Shown here: positions 30,704 to 41,747 of the stretch, piece after piece
Layout of the letters: the number at the start of each line of letters is the position of its first letter
Numbering within the stretch: the stretch's first letter is position 1
DNA from: Gammaproteobacteria bacterium
GTDB lineage: Bacteria > Pseudomonadota > Gammaproteobacteria > Eutrophobiales > Eutrophobiaceae
Assembly: GCA_965238225.1 (NCBI GenBank)
Contig: OZ250183.1
Location: 416,001 to 480,000 of the forward strand
Reading direction: 5' to 3'
Length of the DNA stretch: 64,000 bases
Notes under the pieces: model-generated
Seen by the model: the letters and a program-made list of their open reading frames with translations, nothing else
What the model was told of the DNA's origin: nothing
Databases searched by the model: none
Made by a program: the position numbers and the translations under genes

Positions 30704-31477
30704 ATGCAAGCAGTAACAATAGATAGAAATACAAATAGCGATCTTGGTAAACAAGATCGTTCTGGTTATAGCGCCAATTTGGTTGGTGGTTTAATGGCTG
30801 CGTTAGTGACTACTGTTATTGCTACTGGTTTTTTATGGATGATGAAACCAGCAACGCTTCCAATCAGACAGGTTCATATTGAAGGGGAATTTCTGAGACT
30901 TGATACATTGCGTTTGAAGGATTTGGTTACTGATAAGGTAAGAGGTGGATTTTTTAATATAGATGTTGCGGCGATACGTAATTCATTAGTAGCTTTACCT
31001 TGGGTCAATGATGTGTCAGTTCATAGAATATGGCCGGATGGATTAAGAGTTATCGTCAACGAACAAATAGCTTTTGCCAAGTGGAATAAAGCTGGTTTAT
31101 TGAATGAAAAAAGTCAATATTTCTCGCCAAAGAAAGATACTTTCCCTCAGGGTTTGCCATTTTTAGAAGGGTCTGAAGGTTCACAGGAATTATTATTAGA
31201 ACGATTTAATTTACTAAAAAAAACTTATGGTTTATCTGTGGTGCGGCTACAGCTTGATGATCGACGTGCTTGGAAATTCGAACTGAAAAATGGATTAAGT
31301 GTTGTGCTAGGTAGAAGAGACTTCGAGGATAGAGCAGAACGGTTTGTGAATGTAGTTATGAATAATCTGGGTGAAAAATTACTTCAGGCTAGCGAGATTG
31401 ATATGCGTTACACCAATGGCTTTGCTGTTCGTTGGAAACAACAAGTCACTGAACATATGCAAAGCGGAGTTAACTAA
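30704..31477 (+). CDS. ftsQ: cell division protein FtsQ
   Basis: TM segment, POTRA (LPWVNDVSVHRIWPD), IDMRYTNGFAVRW. Confidence 0.94.
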   Translation: MQAVTIDRNTNSDLGKQDRSGYSANLVGGLMAALVTTVIATGFLWMMKPATLPIRQVHIEGEFLRLDTLRLKDLVTDKVRGGFFNIDVAAIRNSLVALPWVNDVSVHRIWPDGLRVIVNEQIAFAKWNKAGLLNEKSQYFSPKKDTFPQGLPFLEGSEGSQELLLERFNLLKKTYGLSVVRLQLDDRRAWKFELKNGLSVVLGRRDFEDRAERFVNVVMNNLGEKLLQASEIDMRYTNGFAVRWKQQVTEHMQSGVN

Positions 31478-31480
31478 ATA

Positions 31481-32704
31481 ATGACGAAAAAGATAGACAA
31501 GGATCTTATCGTTGGTTTGGATATCGGGACATCCAAAGTGGTTGCGATTGTTGGTGAAATTTCCAATGATGAGATAGAAATCATTGGTTTAGGCTCTAGT
31601 CTGTCTCGAGGTCTTAAGAAGGGCGTCGTCGTTAATATAGAGTCAACGGTATATTCCATACAACGTGCAATAGAAGAAGCTGAATTGATGGCGGGATGTG
31701 AAATACATTCTGTATTCGCAGGTATCGCAGGCAGTCATATCCGCAGCCTTAATTCTCATGGAATAGTTGCAATTCGAGATCACGAAGTTGCGATGAGCGA
31801 TGTTGATCGTGTTATTGACGCAGCACGTGCTGTTGCAATCCCTGCGGATCAGAAAATCTTGCATATCCTGCCACAGGAATTTGTGATTGATCACCAAGAA
31901 GGTATCAAGGAACCAATTGGCATGTCTGGGGTTAGGCTTGAGGCAAAAGTTCATATGGTGACTGGATCAGTCAGTGCAGCACAAAACATCACCAAGTGTG
32001 TGCGACGTTGTGGGCTTGAGGTTGATGATGTGATTCTTGAACAGCTTGCCTCAAGTTATGCAGTATTAACGGAAGATGAAAAAGAACTGGGTGTTTGCTT
32101 GGTTGACATTGGCGGTGGCACAACTGACATCGCCATTTTCACTGACGGTGCGATACACCATACAGCAGTAATTCCCATTGCTGGGGATCAAGTGACAAAT
32201 GATATCGCTGTGGCATTACGGACGCCAACGCAACATGCTGAAGATATTAAGGTGCAATATGCCTGTGCGTTAATACAACTGGCAAATCCTGAAGAGACAA
32301 TTGATGTTTCTGGCGTTGGAGAACGACCCTCGCGTCGTTTGGCTAGACAGACATTAGCCGAAGTGGTTGAGCCACGGTATGAGGAGTTATTTAACTTAGT
32401 TCAATCTGAACTTCGGCGTAGCGGTTTCGAAGATTTGATTGCTGCTGGCGTAGTTTTGACAGGTGGCAGCTCAAAAATGGAAGGTGCTATTGAGCTTGCG
32501 GAGGAAATATTTCACATGCCAGTGAGATTAGGAATGCCTCAGCATGTTTCAGGACTGGTTGACGTAGTGAAGAATCCAATTTATTCAACTGGTGTTGGAT
32601 TATTACTGTCTGGACGCAAACAGATGCAAGAAGGTTCTTTACCATTAGGGGTGAATTGGGGTCTTTGGGAAAGAATGAAGAGTTGGTTTCAGGGGAATTT
32701 TTAA
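31481..32704 (+). CDS. ftsA: cell division protein FtsA
   Basis: GLDIGTSKV, DIGGGTTD, VLTGG, C-terminal amphipathic helix WFQGNF. Confidence 0.98.
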   Translation: MTKKIDKDLIVGLDIGTSKVVAIVGEISNDEIEIIGLGSSLSRGLKKGVVVNIESTVYSIQRAIEEAELMAGCEIHSVFAGIAGSHIRSLNSHGIVAIRDHEVAMSDVDRVIDAARAVAIPADQKILHILPQEFVIDHQEGIKEPIGMSGVRLEAKVHMVTGSVSAAQNITKCVRRCGLEVDDVILEQLASSYAVLTEDEKELGVCLVDIGGGTTDIAIFTDGAIHHTAVIPIAGDQVTNDIAVALRTPTQHAEDIKVQYACALIQLANPEETIDVSGVGERPSRRLARQTLAEVVEPRYEELFNLVQSELRRSGFEDLIAAGVVLTGGSSKMEGAIELAEEIFHMPVRLGMPQHVSGLVDVVKNPIYSTGVGLLLSGRKQMQEGSLPLGVNWGLWERMKSWFQGNF

Positions 32705-32760
32705 TAAGTATTTTTTCAGGAGCTATTTTTGATTAATTTTTTAAAGTAAGGAGTTATTTC

Positions 32761-33897
32761 ATGTTTGAATTTGTAGAAGATACTGACAATCAGTCTGCCG
32801 TTATCAAGGTCATTGGCGTTGGCGGCGGCGGCGGGAATGCCGTACAGCATATGCTATCAGGCAATATCGAAGGAGTGGAATTTATTTGTATCAACACAGA
32901 TGCTCAGGCATTGAATAATTCTACCGCTAAAACTTCATTACAGTTAGGAAGGAATATTACAAAAGGTCTAGGCGCTGGAGCCGATCCGGCGGTTGGTCGG
33001 CAAGCTGCGTTAGAAGATAGAGATCGTATTGTGGATATTCTAGAAGGTGCAGATATGATTTTTATCACTGCTGGAATGGGCGGAGGCACTGGTACTGGAG
33101 CTGCACCGATTTTTGCGCAGGTGGCAAAAGAGATGGGGGTTTTGACCGTCGCAGTTGTGACACGACCGTTTTTATTTGAAGGTAAAAAACGATCACAAAT
33201 TGCAGATGAAGGTATTAAAGAACTCGAACAATCTGTGGATTCTTTAATTACGATTCCGAACCAAAAATTACTGTCTGTTTTAGGCAGTGATATAAGTCTC
33301 TTGAGCGCATTTGCTGCTGCCAATGATGTTCTGCTTGGTGCGGTGCAAGGGATTGCGGAATTGATTACTTGTCCAGGTTTGATAAATGTCGATTTTGCAG
33401 ATGTGAAAACGGTTATGTCTGAAATGGGTATGGCAGTGATGGGTTCAGGTAAAGGGCAAGGTGAAGATCGTGCGGCTATTGCTGCTGAAACTGCAGTCTC
33501 CAGCCCCTTATTGGAAGATGTTAATCTTTCAGGTGCGCGAGGCATTTTAGTGAATATTACTGCGGGCACAGATATGACTATTGGTGAGTTTGATAAGGTG
33601 GGCAACACAGTCAAACAATTTGCCTCTGACAATGCGACTGTTGTTGTTGGAACTGTTATTGATCCTGATATGGATGGTGAAATGAGAGTCACTATCGTTG
33701 CAACTGGATTGGGTCATATCGAAGGAAAAGAAGTGACAAGGATTAAAATGGTTGCAGATGCGGCGGCGGGTGATTACAGAGATCTTGATAGGCCAACGGT
33801 AATACGTAATCAGGATAAGGAAACAGACTTGCAAAAGGTTGAAAATGACTCGGAATATCTGGATATTCCCGCCTTTTTAAGACGTCAGGCGGATTGA
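32761..33897 (+). CDS. ftsZ: cell division GTPase FtsZ
   Basis: GVGGGGGNAV, GMGGGTGTGAAP, INVDFADV, YLDIPAFLRRQAD. Confidence 0.99.
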   Translation: MFEFVEDTDNQSAVIKVIGVGGGGGNAVQHMLSGNIEGVEFICINTDAQALNNSTAKTSLQLGRNITKGLGAGADPAVGRQAALEDRDRIVDILEGADMIFITAGMGGGTGTGAAPIFAQVAKEMGVLTVAVVTRPFLFEGKKRSQIADEGIKELEQSVDSLITIPNQKLLSVLGSDISLLSAFAAANDVLLGAVQGIAELITCPGLINVDFADVKTVMSEMGMAVMGSGKGQGEDRAAIAAETAVSSPLLEDVNLSGARGILVNITAGTDMTIGEFDKVGNTVKQFASDNATVVVGTVIDPDMDGEMRVTIVATGLGHIEGKEVTRIKMVADAAAGDYRDLDRPTVIRNQDKETDLQKVENDSEYLDIPAFLRRQAD

Positions 33898-34084
33898 GTA
33901 AGCTTTATAAATTGCCTGACACTATGCGTAGTCGACCTATTTATGGTATTTTGAGGCAGCTAAAATTGCAGTTCTGGGAAAATGATGAGATTTGGTAAAG
34001 TCCATGAGGTTTCAGGCTTATTTTGGATTTTATGAATAGCTCTAAAAGCGAGATATATATTTATGAGAATAATTAATAGAATTA

Positions 34085-34996
34085 ATGATTAAGCAAAGAA
34101 CTCTTAAAAATGTTATTGGTGCCACCGGGGTCGGCTTGCACACGGGAAAGAAAATATATATAACATTACGACCTGCGCCTGCTAATGCCGGGATTATTTT
34201 TCGTCGGATTGATTTTAGCTGTCCTGTTGAGATTGAAGCAAAATCGGATAACGTTGGAGATACAATATTATCTACTTCCTTGGTCAAAGGCGATGTCAAA
34301 ATCTCAACTGTTGAACATCTTTTGTCTGCGCTAGCTGGTTTTGGCATAGATAATGTCTATATTGATCTTAGTGCTGACGAGGTTCCAATTATGGATGGTA
34401 GCGCTGGACCATTTGTGTTCTTAATCCAGTCAGCAGGCGTAGAAGAACAAAATGCACCGAAACGTTTTATGCGTATTAAGAAAGAAGTTCGAGTTGAGGA
34501 TGGTGACAAATGGGCTATGTTTAAACCGTTTGAAGGCTTTAAAATTGGTTTCACCATCGAATTTGATCACCCAACGTTTCATGCTGGAAATTGCAAGGCT
34601 GAAATAGATTTTTCAACGACCTCTTATGTGAAGGAAGTGAGCCGTGCCAGAACGTTTGGGTTTATGCGGGATGTTGAGTTATTGCAAAAAAATAATCTGG
34701 CGTTAGGTGGTAATCTGGATAATGCCGTGGTAGTTGATGATTGCAAAATATTGAATGAGGATGGTTTACGTTATGAAGATGAGTGTGTGAAACACAAGAT
34801 ACTTGATGCAATTGGCGATTTATATCTGCTTGGATACAGCCTTATAGGTTCATTTACTGGATTTAAATCCGGACATAAATTGAACAATATATTGCTGAGG
34901 GAATTATTGACCAAAGAGTCGGCATGGGAATTAGTAAGCTTTGAAGATGAGATAGAATTACCCATATCATTTATGCAGCCTATCGCCGTAGCATAA
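34085..34996 (+). CDS. lpxC: UDP-3-O-acyl-GlcNAc deacetylase
   Basis: [38 protein letters not shown]. Confidence 0.97.
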   Translation: MIKQRTLKNVIGATGVGLHTGKKIYITLRPAPANAGIIFRRIDFSCPVEIEAKSDNVGDTILSTSLVKGDVKISTVEHLLSALAGFGIDNVYIDLSADEVPIMDGSAGPFVFLIQSAGVEEQNAPKRFMRIKKEVRVEDGDKWAMFKPFEGFKIGFTIEFDHPTFHAGNCKAEIDFSTTSYVKEVSRARTFGFMRDVELLQKNNLALGGNLDNAVVVDDCKILNEDGLRYEDECVKHKILDAIGDLYLLGYSLIGSFTGFKSGHKLNNILLRELLTKESAWELVSFEDEIELPISFMQPIAVA

Positions 34997-35011
34997 ATGT
35001 TGAAGGGTTTT

Positions 35012-35428
35012 TTAGGGCTGTTGGACGTTTTTACTGATTTTAAGAAAGGATTCCTGTAGTGCAGGGTTTTGAATAGACATGGCGACATTTTTAATGAATT
35101 CTGCAGATTTTTTTGAAATGAATGCTTTTCTAGATCCGTCATTGGGAATATCTGATTGAGTTGTATTTGCATTATTATGACTTGGGCAAACCTTGATGCG
35201 GATAGATGCTAGTTTGCTGAGTGCGCATTCATGCTGAGCATAATGTAGAATATCAGGAATGTGATTGCGTAATTTAGAAGCCCATGCTGATGTATCAGAA
35301 TTTATGGTAAGGGTTTGAGCAGAGTAGTTAGCGACAGAACAATGACTGCTCAAAGCAGGGTCAAGATAATTGTGTAATTTTTCATTAAGCGCGCATATAC
35401 TCTTGGCGTGCGTATAGAGACTGTTCAT
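35012..35428 (-). CDS. dciA: DUF721 / DciA-family helicase loader (5' end uncertain)
   Basis: HCSVANY...AWASKLR pattern; antisense position between lpxC and the M23-secA genes. Confidence 0.72.
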   Translation of the reverse strand: MNSLYTHAKSICALNEKLHNYLDPALSSHCSVANYSAQTLTINSDTSAWASKLRNHIPDILHYAQHECALSKLASIRIKVCPSHNNANTTQSDIPNDGSRKAFISKKSAEFIKNVAMSIQNPALQESFLKISKNVQQP

Positions 35429-35552
35429 TTGCTCATCAGAACTGATAAGCTGGTGAAATTGACGGGTTTTTAGATTTCGGGTTTTGATATTTTTTTACCA
35501 GACATAAGATTTGACTAGATATACACTCAATAATAGAGAAAAATAGCATTAT

Positions 35553-36485
35553 ATGGAACTCATATTAATACAGAACAACGGGAACAAATCTTTTAAACTG
35601 TCAATAGACCTGCTTGGGGCTCTGTTTATCGGGCTATTCGTTTTGGCATTGACCGCTGGAACTTTCCATATTGGAAGTAAAATCGTTGCGCAGCAAGCAG
35701 AGATATTATATTTAGATCTGAATGCTAAAAAGGAAAATCAGTGGAGGCATGAGTTGGATATGCAACAAGCTAATATTGACGTTGCGAAGAGAAATGCAGA
35801 AAACAGTCTTGATGCTTTATCTGTGCGATTAAGTACTTTGCAGGCTCATTTGCTCAGACTTGATGCACTAGGTTCGCGCATTGTTTCTATTGCAAATATG
35901 TCGGATGACGAATTCAATATGCTGGAGTCGCCAGGTTTGGGCGGACCTTTGTCGACGACAGAGCAAACCTCTTTGGGCGTAACAGATTTTGTTAAGGCAT
36001 TACACGCTGTCAGTCAAAAGATAGAAGATAGAAGTGATAAGTTTGCGGCGATGGAATCCATGTTGCTGGATAGCAATGTTCAATCACAAATTTCACCAGA
36101 AGGAAGCCCTGTTGCCGGTGGTTGGACATCATCATTGTTCGGATGGCGAGCCGACCCAATATCAGGCAAAAAAGTTTTTCATGAAGGAATCGATTTAGCA
36201 GGAAAATATGGAAAAGATGTATCATCCGTTGCCGCCGGCATCGTTACATGGTCAGGCAGAAATTCTGGCTATGGCGAGATGATAGAAATTAGTCATGGTA
36301 ATGGATATATCACTAGATATGCCCATAACCAGCAAAATCTAGTTGATATTGGCGATAAGATAGAGAAAGGACAAAAAATTGCAACTATGGGTTCATCAGG
36401 ACGTTCAACGGGGCCACACATACACTTTGAAGTCATGCACAATGGCAGGCCTGTCAATCCTAGAAAGTTTATTTCAATAAATTAA
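35553..36485 (+). CDS. M23 family metalloendopeptidase
   Basis: HEGID, YAH, STGPHIHFEV; N-terminal TM and coiled coil; upstream of secA. Confidence 0.92.
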   Translation: MELILIQNNGNKSFKLSIDLLGALFIGLFVLALTAGTFHIGSKIVAQQAEILYLDLNAKKENQWRHELDMQQANIDVAKRNAENSLDALSVRLSTLQAHLLRLDALGSRIVSIANMSDDEFNMLESPGLGGPLSTTEQTSLGVTDFVKALHAVSQKIEDRSDKFAAMESMLLDSNVQSQISPEGSPVAGGWTSSLFGWRADPISGKKVFHEGIDLAGKYGKDVSSVAAGIVTWSGRNSGYGEMIEISHGNGYITRYAHNQQNLVDIGDKIEKGQKIATMGSSGRSTGPHIHFEVMHNGRPVNPRKFISIN

Positions 36486-36566
36486 CATATCATCCTAAGT
36501 CATTCTTAATTGCCTAACACATTAGGTAATTTGGTCGGCTCTTCGCAAGATTAAAAAATAATCACA

Positions 36567-39269
36567 ATGGTTACTGGGTTATTTAGGAAAATATTTAAAA
36601 GCCGCAACGAGCGTGTTCTCAAGGGATTACATAAAGTTGTAGATACAATTAATGGCTTGGAAGAGAAATTTATTACCCTACAGGCTCATGAATTTCCCCT
36701 GAAGACTGCAGAATTTCGTGATCGAATGACGCAGGGAGAAAAACTTGATGATCTATTACCGGAGGCTTTTGCCCTAGTTAGAGAAGCAGGAAAAAGAACA
36801 CTTGGTATGCGGCATTTTGATATGCAACTGGTTGGTGGCATGGTTCTGCATGACGGTGAAATTTCTGAAATGTGTACTGGCGAAGGTAAAACTCTGGTTG
36901 CAACATTATCTGCGTATCTTAATGCTTTAAGCGGCAAAGGTGTCCATATAATTACTGTCAATGATTATCTGGCAAGGCGTGATGCTGAATGGATGGATCA
37001 TATCTATGAATTTCTTGGCCTGACAACGAGTGTGATTTATACAGGCATTAGTCAGGAAGATCGCAGCAAAGCATATGTTGCTGATATCACCTATGGTACA
37101 AACAATGAATTCGGTTTCGATTATTTGAGAGATAATCTAGCATTTAGCAGGGAAGGTCGTGTACAGAGGGGATTAAATTATGCGATCGTTGATGAGGTAG
37201 ACTCTATCTTAATCGACGAAGCACGCACCCCTTTAGTAATATCCGGAGCAGTTGATGATAGATCAGATTTATATGTCAGTATTAATAAGATAATTCCCAA
37301 GTTAAGAGAACAGGAAGAAGATGGTTCAGGTCATTTTAGTGTCGATGAAAAATCCAAACAGGCTTATCTTACGGAAGAAGGAAATGAGTATCTTGAGATA
37401 CTACTAAGAGATGAGAAGATCATTAGTTCAAAGCAGAGCTTATACGATCCTGTCAATATCAGCGTGTTGCACCACTTAAATGCTGCAATGAGGGCGCATG
37501 CCTTGTTTCAGAAAGATGTTGATTATATTGTAAAAAATAATGAGGTTGTCATTGTTGATGAATTTACAGGCAGGACAATGTCGGGACGGCGCTGGTCTGA
37601 TGGGCTGCATCAGGCAATAGAGGCCAAAGAAGGTGTGCCAATTCAAAATGAAAATCAGACATTGGCTTCAATTACCTACCAGAATTATTTCAGGTTATAC
37701 AAAAAACTGTCAGGAATGACAGGAACTGCAGATACCGAAGCGTTTGAATTTCAGGATATATATGGCTTAGAAGTGGTTGTCATACCTACCCATATGCCCA
37801 TGATCCGTTATGATGCAAGTGATGTAGTGTATCTCAAAGCTAGGCAGAAATTTAATGCAATTATCAGTGATATCATGGAATGTAGAGGTATAGGCCAACC
37901 CGTGCTTGTAGGTACAGCTTCAATTGAAGTGTCTGAATATTTATCTGATCTATTGAAAAAAGAAAAAATAACCCACCAAGTGCTTAATGCCAAGCAACAT
38001 GAAAGAGAAGCAGAGATTATTGAGCAGGCGGGGATGCCTGGCGCTGTTACTATTGCCACCAATATGGCTGGTCGCGGTACAGATATCGTTCTTGGAGGGA
38101 GTCTGGAAGCTGAACTCAAGAAATTAGATACAGGTAATGAATTTGAAGTAAATAGAACAAAAGCAACTTGGAAGAAAAGACATCAGGCGGTGATTGCCAG
38201 CGGTGGATTACATATTATCGGTACAGAGCGCCATGAATCAAGACGCATTGACAACCAATTAAGAGGTCGTGCTGGTCGTCAAGGTGATACAGGTTCCAGC
38301 CGGTTCTACCTTGCACTGGAAGATAATTTAATGCGTATCTTTGCTTCAGATAGGGTTTCATCTTTAATGCAAAAACTCGGGATGGAAGATGGTGAAGCAA
38401 TTGAGTCCTCATTAGTAAGTCGAGCAATTGAAAATGCGCAAAAAAAAGTTGAAACACATAATTTTGAGGTAAGAAAACATCTGCTTGAGTACGATGATGT
38501 TGCTAATGATCAGCGGAAAGTGATCTATGAACAACGAAATGATCTGCTTATGGACGATGATATTCAGGATAATATTGAAGCGATGCGTAAAGATGTGGTG
38601 AATGACATAGTCGATACCCATATACCTCGAAACAGTGTAGATGAGTTATGGGATGTAAATGGCTTAACTGAGGCATTAGATCATGAATTTGGTGTGGAAT
38701 TGGATATTGCACAATGGTTTCAAAGTGATTTGTCATTGAACGAAAAAATGCTTAGAGAAAAAATATTAGACAGTATTCAAAACACAGCACAGCAGAAGGA
38801 AAAATTTTTGAGTTCTGGTATTATGAGACGAGTTGAAAAACAAGTGATGTTGGATATTCTTGATAGGCATTGGAAAGATCACTTAGTTGCTATGGATCAT
38901 TTGCGACAGGGTATTAACTTACGAAGTTATGCTGCAAAAAATCCAAAACAAGAATACAAACGCGAAGCGTTTGAAATGTTTGTTGTTATGTTAGAAAATA
39001 TAAAACACGATGTTATTTCGTTTCTTTCAATGGTTAATATTAGGTCGGAAGGAGATATTGAGGCAGCCGAGCAACAATATCAACAACCTCAGGGCATGGA
39101 GTTTAATCATGCGCCATCACCTGATGTACTGGGGAATCAGCCAGCAAACAAAATAGAAAAAGAAGAGCTGAAACCCTTTGTTCGAGGACAAAAGAAGATT
39201 GGACGTAATGAGCCTTGTCCTTGTGGATCTGGGAAAAAATACAAGCAGTGTCATGGTAAATTGAAATAA
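36567..39269 (+). CDS. secA: preprotein translocase ATPase SecA
   Basis: [52 protein letters not shown]. Confidence 0.99.
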   Translation: MVTGLFRKIFKSRNERVLKGLHKVVDTINGLEEKFITLQAHEFPLKTAEFRDRMTQGEKLDDLLPEAFALVREAGKRTLGMRHFDMQLVGGMVLHDGEISEMCTGEGKTLVATLSAYLNALSGKGVHIITVNDYLARRDAEWMDHIYEFLGLTTSVIYTGISQEDRSKAYVADITYGTNNEFGFDYLRDNLAFSREGRVQRGLNYAIVDEVDSILIDEARTPLVISGAVDDRSDLYVSINKIIPKLREQEEDGSGHFSVDEKSKQAYLTEEGNEYLEILLRDEKIISSKQSLYDPVNISVLHHLNAAMRAHALFQKDVDYIVKNNEVVIVDEFTGRTMSGRRWSDGLHQAIEAKEGVPIQNENQTLASITYQNYFRLYKKLSGMTGTADTEAFEFQDIYGLEVVVIPTHMPMIRYDASDVVYLKARQKFNAIISDIMECRGIGQPVLVGTASIEVSEYLSDLLKKEKITHQVLNAKQHEREAEIIEQAGMPGAVTIATNMAGRGTDIVLGGSLEAELKKLDTGNEFEVNRTKATWKKRHQAVIASGGLHIIGTERHESRRIDNQLRGRAGRQGDTGSSRFYLALEDNLMRIFASDRVSSLMQKLGMEDGEAIESSLVSRAIENAQKKVETHNFEVRKHLLEYDDVANDQRKVIYEQRNDLLMDDDIQDNIEAMRKDVVNDIVDTHIPRNSVDELWDVNGLTEALDHEFGVELDIAQWFQSDLSLNEKMLREKILDSIQNTAQQKEKFLSSGIMRRVEKQVMLDILDRHWKDHLVAMDHLRQGINLRSYAAKNPKQEYKREAFEMFVVMLENIKHDVISFLSMVNIRSEGDIEAAEQQYQQPQGMEFNHAPSPDVLGNQPANKIEKEELKPFVRGQKKIGRNEPCPCGSGKKYKQCHGKLK

Positions 39270-39293
39270 ATTAGTTCAATTCAGGTATGCTCT

Positions 39294-40514
39294 ATGGCTG
39301 TAGGTATAAATAAAGTTTCCAAGCTCCTGCCTGTCAAAGGTGTACGAGTCGCTGCCTATTCTTCAGGTATTTATAAAGCAAAAAGAAAAGATCTAGCGCT
39401 AATATCGTTTAATGACACTTCAAATTGTTCTGCTGTATTTACGCAGAATGCTTTTTGTGCTGCTCCTGTTATTGTTGCCAAGAATCATATTAAAAAAGGC
39501 AAGGCTTGCTATTGCTTGATTAATTCAGGTAATGCTAATGCAGGTTTGGGAGAACAAGGGATTGAATCTGCTATGGAGATATGTCATCACTTGGCAAGTT
39601 ATGCGCGCAGTAGTATTGAAAGCGTTTTACCATTTTCTACAGGCGTTGTCGCTGAACCATTTCCCGTTGATAAAGTAAAAAATGCAATACCCGCCTTGCT
39701 CGATAAACTTAAAGAGGATGCATGGCTAGACGTCGCTGATGCAATTATTACCACGGATACAGTCACTAAAGGTATCTCAAAAAGAGTGAAGCTGGAAGAT
39801 GGTGAAATAACAATCACAGGTGTTGCTAAAGGATCTGGGATGATAAGACCAGATATGGCGACCATGCTGGCATTCATAGCAACAGATGCCAATATCGGCG
39901 AACATCTTGTGCAGAGTGTGTTGACTGAGGCAGTAGGAAATTCGTTTAACTGTATTAATGTGGATGGCGACACTTCAACAAATGATGCTTGTTTTTTGGT
40001 TGCAACAGGGGTCAGCAGCACTGCTGAGATAAGATCATTTAATGAAGGTTCAGGATTGTTATTTAAGAATGCACTGCTAGAGATATGTATTTATCTTGCA
40101 CAAGCTATAGTCAGGGATGGCGAGGGCGCCAGCAAATTTATTTCAATAGTTGTTAACGACGGAGCCTGCTGGGAAGAATCTAGGGAAGTCGCATTGACAG
40201 TAGCGAATTCGCCATTGGTTAAGACAGCCTTTTTTGCATCAGATCCAAACTGGGGGAGAATCCTTGCTGCTATCGGAAGAACCACGCTTCCTGATTTAGA
40301 TATTGAAAGAATTTCTATTTCACTCAATGATGTAAAAATTGTCGAATCTGGCAAAAGAGCAGAGAATTACACCGAAGAAAAAGGACAACGTGTCATGCAA
40401 CAAGAAGAGATAGAAATATCTATTTCTTTAGGCAGAGGAAGTGAAAGTGCTGTTATCTGGACTTGTGATTTTTCATATGAGTATGTCCGCATTAATTCAG
40501 AATATCGTTCATAA
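39294..40514 (+). CDS. argJ: ornithine acetyltransferase / N-acetylglutamate synthase
   Basis: NSGNANAG, KGSGMIRPDMATML, VDGDTSTND, RDGEGA, DPNWGR, YVRINSEYRS. Confidence 0.96.
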   Translation: MAVGINKVSKLLPVKGVRVAAYSSGIYKAKRKDLALISFNDTSNCSAVFTQNAFCAAPVIVAKNHIKKGKACYCLINSGNANAGLGEQGIESAMEICHHLASYARSSIESVLPFSTGVVAEPFPVDKVKNAIPALLDKLKEDAWLDVADAIITTDTVTKGISKRVKLEDGEITITGVAKGSGMIRPDMATMLAFIATDANIGEHLVQSVLTEAVGNSFNCINVDGDTSTNDACFLVATGVSSTAEIRSFNEGSGLLFKNALLEICIYLAQAIVRDGEGASKFISIVVNDGACWEESREVALTVANSPLVKTAFFASDPNWGRILAAIGRTTLPDLDIERISISLNDVKIVESGKRAENYTEEKGQRVMQQEEIEISISLGRGSESAVIWTCDFSYEYVRINSEYRS

Positions 40515-40523
40515 TCTTGTTTT

Positions 40524-41531
40524 ATGAACCCTGATTTTTTGCATGTTGCAGTAGGTATCATTAAGAATAACAAAAACCAAGTCTTGTTATCACGAAGGCC
40601 ATCCAATGTTCACCAGTCTGATTTATGGGAGTTTCCTGGAGGCAAACTAGAAGCTTGCGAGACGGTCAGGGAAGCCTTGTCTAGAGGACTAAAAGAAGAG
40701 CTTTCGCTTACTATAAAATCAGCAAAACCATTAATTAAAATATATTACGACTATGAAGATTATTCTGTATTGCTCGATGTTTGGAAAATAGATTCATGGC
40801 GTTCGAGTTTATTAGATGGTAATGGGCAACGAGGTAAAGAAGATCAAAAAATAGAATGGCTAGATATTTCGAGTTTGAGTGCTCGTAATTTTCCAGCAGC
40901 AAATAAAGCAATTATTCAGGCAGTACAATTATCTGATTTTTATTTGATCTGCCCTGAACCTACGTCTGATATTAAGAATTATATCAACAAAATTAAGATA
41001 TGCATCTCTACTGGCGTTCGTTTATTTCAGTTTAGACTTAATAAAGAATCATTTTATGACAGGCATGAAATTTTAATTATAGAGCTACTCACATTGTGTA
41101 AGAGTAGTCATTCACGACTGTTGATTAATAGCTCTCTTGATTATGCAATGAAGATTGGCGCCCATGGCGTTCATCTAAATAGCGCGAGATTGCTACAGCT
41201 TTATGAACGCCCACTTGATAATAATTTTCTGGTATCCGCATCATGCCATAATTCCAGCGAACTAGAGCACGCATGTAAGGTGGGTGTTGATTTTGTGGTG
41301 TTATCACCGGTGCATAAAACAAGCAGTCATGTATCTGCAAAACCCTTGGGGTGGGTTAAATTTAAAAACCTTGTGGAGCCAGTAAACATTCCTGTATATG
41401 CTTTAGGCGGTATGTGTGCTGATGACATGAAAATATTCTTCGGGTATGGTGCCCAAGGCATTTCTGTGCTTAGCGGTGTCTGGAATCAAAAAGATACAAA
41501 AAAAGCAGTGGGTAAATATTTGCAAGGATAA
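40524..41531 (+). CDS. MutT-like Nudix domain fused to a thiamine-phosphate-synthase-like TIM barrel
   Basis: HVAVG, WEFPGGKLE, FPAAN, then GVHL, ASCHN, SPV, PVYALGG; conserved secA-argJ-Nudix order. The Nudix box is degenerate (RGLKEE). Confidence 0.88.
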   Translation: MNPDFLHVAVGIIKNNKNQVLLSRRPSNVHQSDLWEFPGGKLEACETVREALSRGLKEELSLTIKSAKPLIKIYYDYEDYSVLLDVWKIDSWRSSLLDGNGQRGKEDQKIEWLDISSLSARNFPAANKAIIQAVQLSDFYLICPEPTSDIKNYINKIKICISTGVRLFQFRLNKESFYDRHEILIIELLTLCKSSHSRLLINSSLDYAMKIGAHGVHLNSARLLQLYERPLDNNFLVSASCHNSSELEHACKVGVDFVVLSPVHKTSSHVSAKPLGWVKFKNLVEPVNIPVYALGGMCADDMKIFFGYGAQGISVLSGVWNQKDTKKAVGKYLQG

Positions 41532-41549
41532 TTTCTAAGCAAAGTGTTC

Positions 41550-41747
41550 TCAATGTTTCGTATTAAATTCTTCCTGAGGATATTCAAAAGTTTGATAATT
41601 TTCTTCTGTATTAATTTTATATTTTCCTTCAATCCATTCGCCAAGGTCAATTAGCCAGCAGCGCTGGCTACAAAATGGGCGATACTCATTTTCAGGAGAA
41701 TATTTCACCGCCTTTTCACATCTTGGGCATTTAATTGATTTTTTCAT
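41550..41747 (-). CDS. yacG: DNA gyrase inhibitor YacG
   Basis: CPRC...RPFCSQRC..IDLGEW. Confidence 0.93.
   Translation of the reverse strand: MKKSIKCPRCEKAVKYSPENEYRPFCSQRCWLIDLGEWIEGKYKINTEENYQTFEYPQEEFNTKH

Noticed and set aside
32904-33692. 262-aa ORF antisense to ftsZ, and similar shadows in degS, secA, argJ, pilB and pilC
   Set aside because: These lie opposite conserved genes, have no recognisable motifs, and are expected from codon bias.
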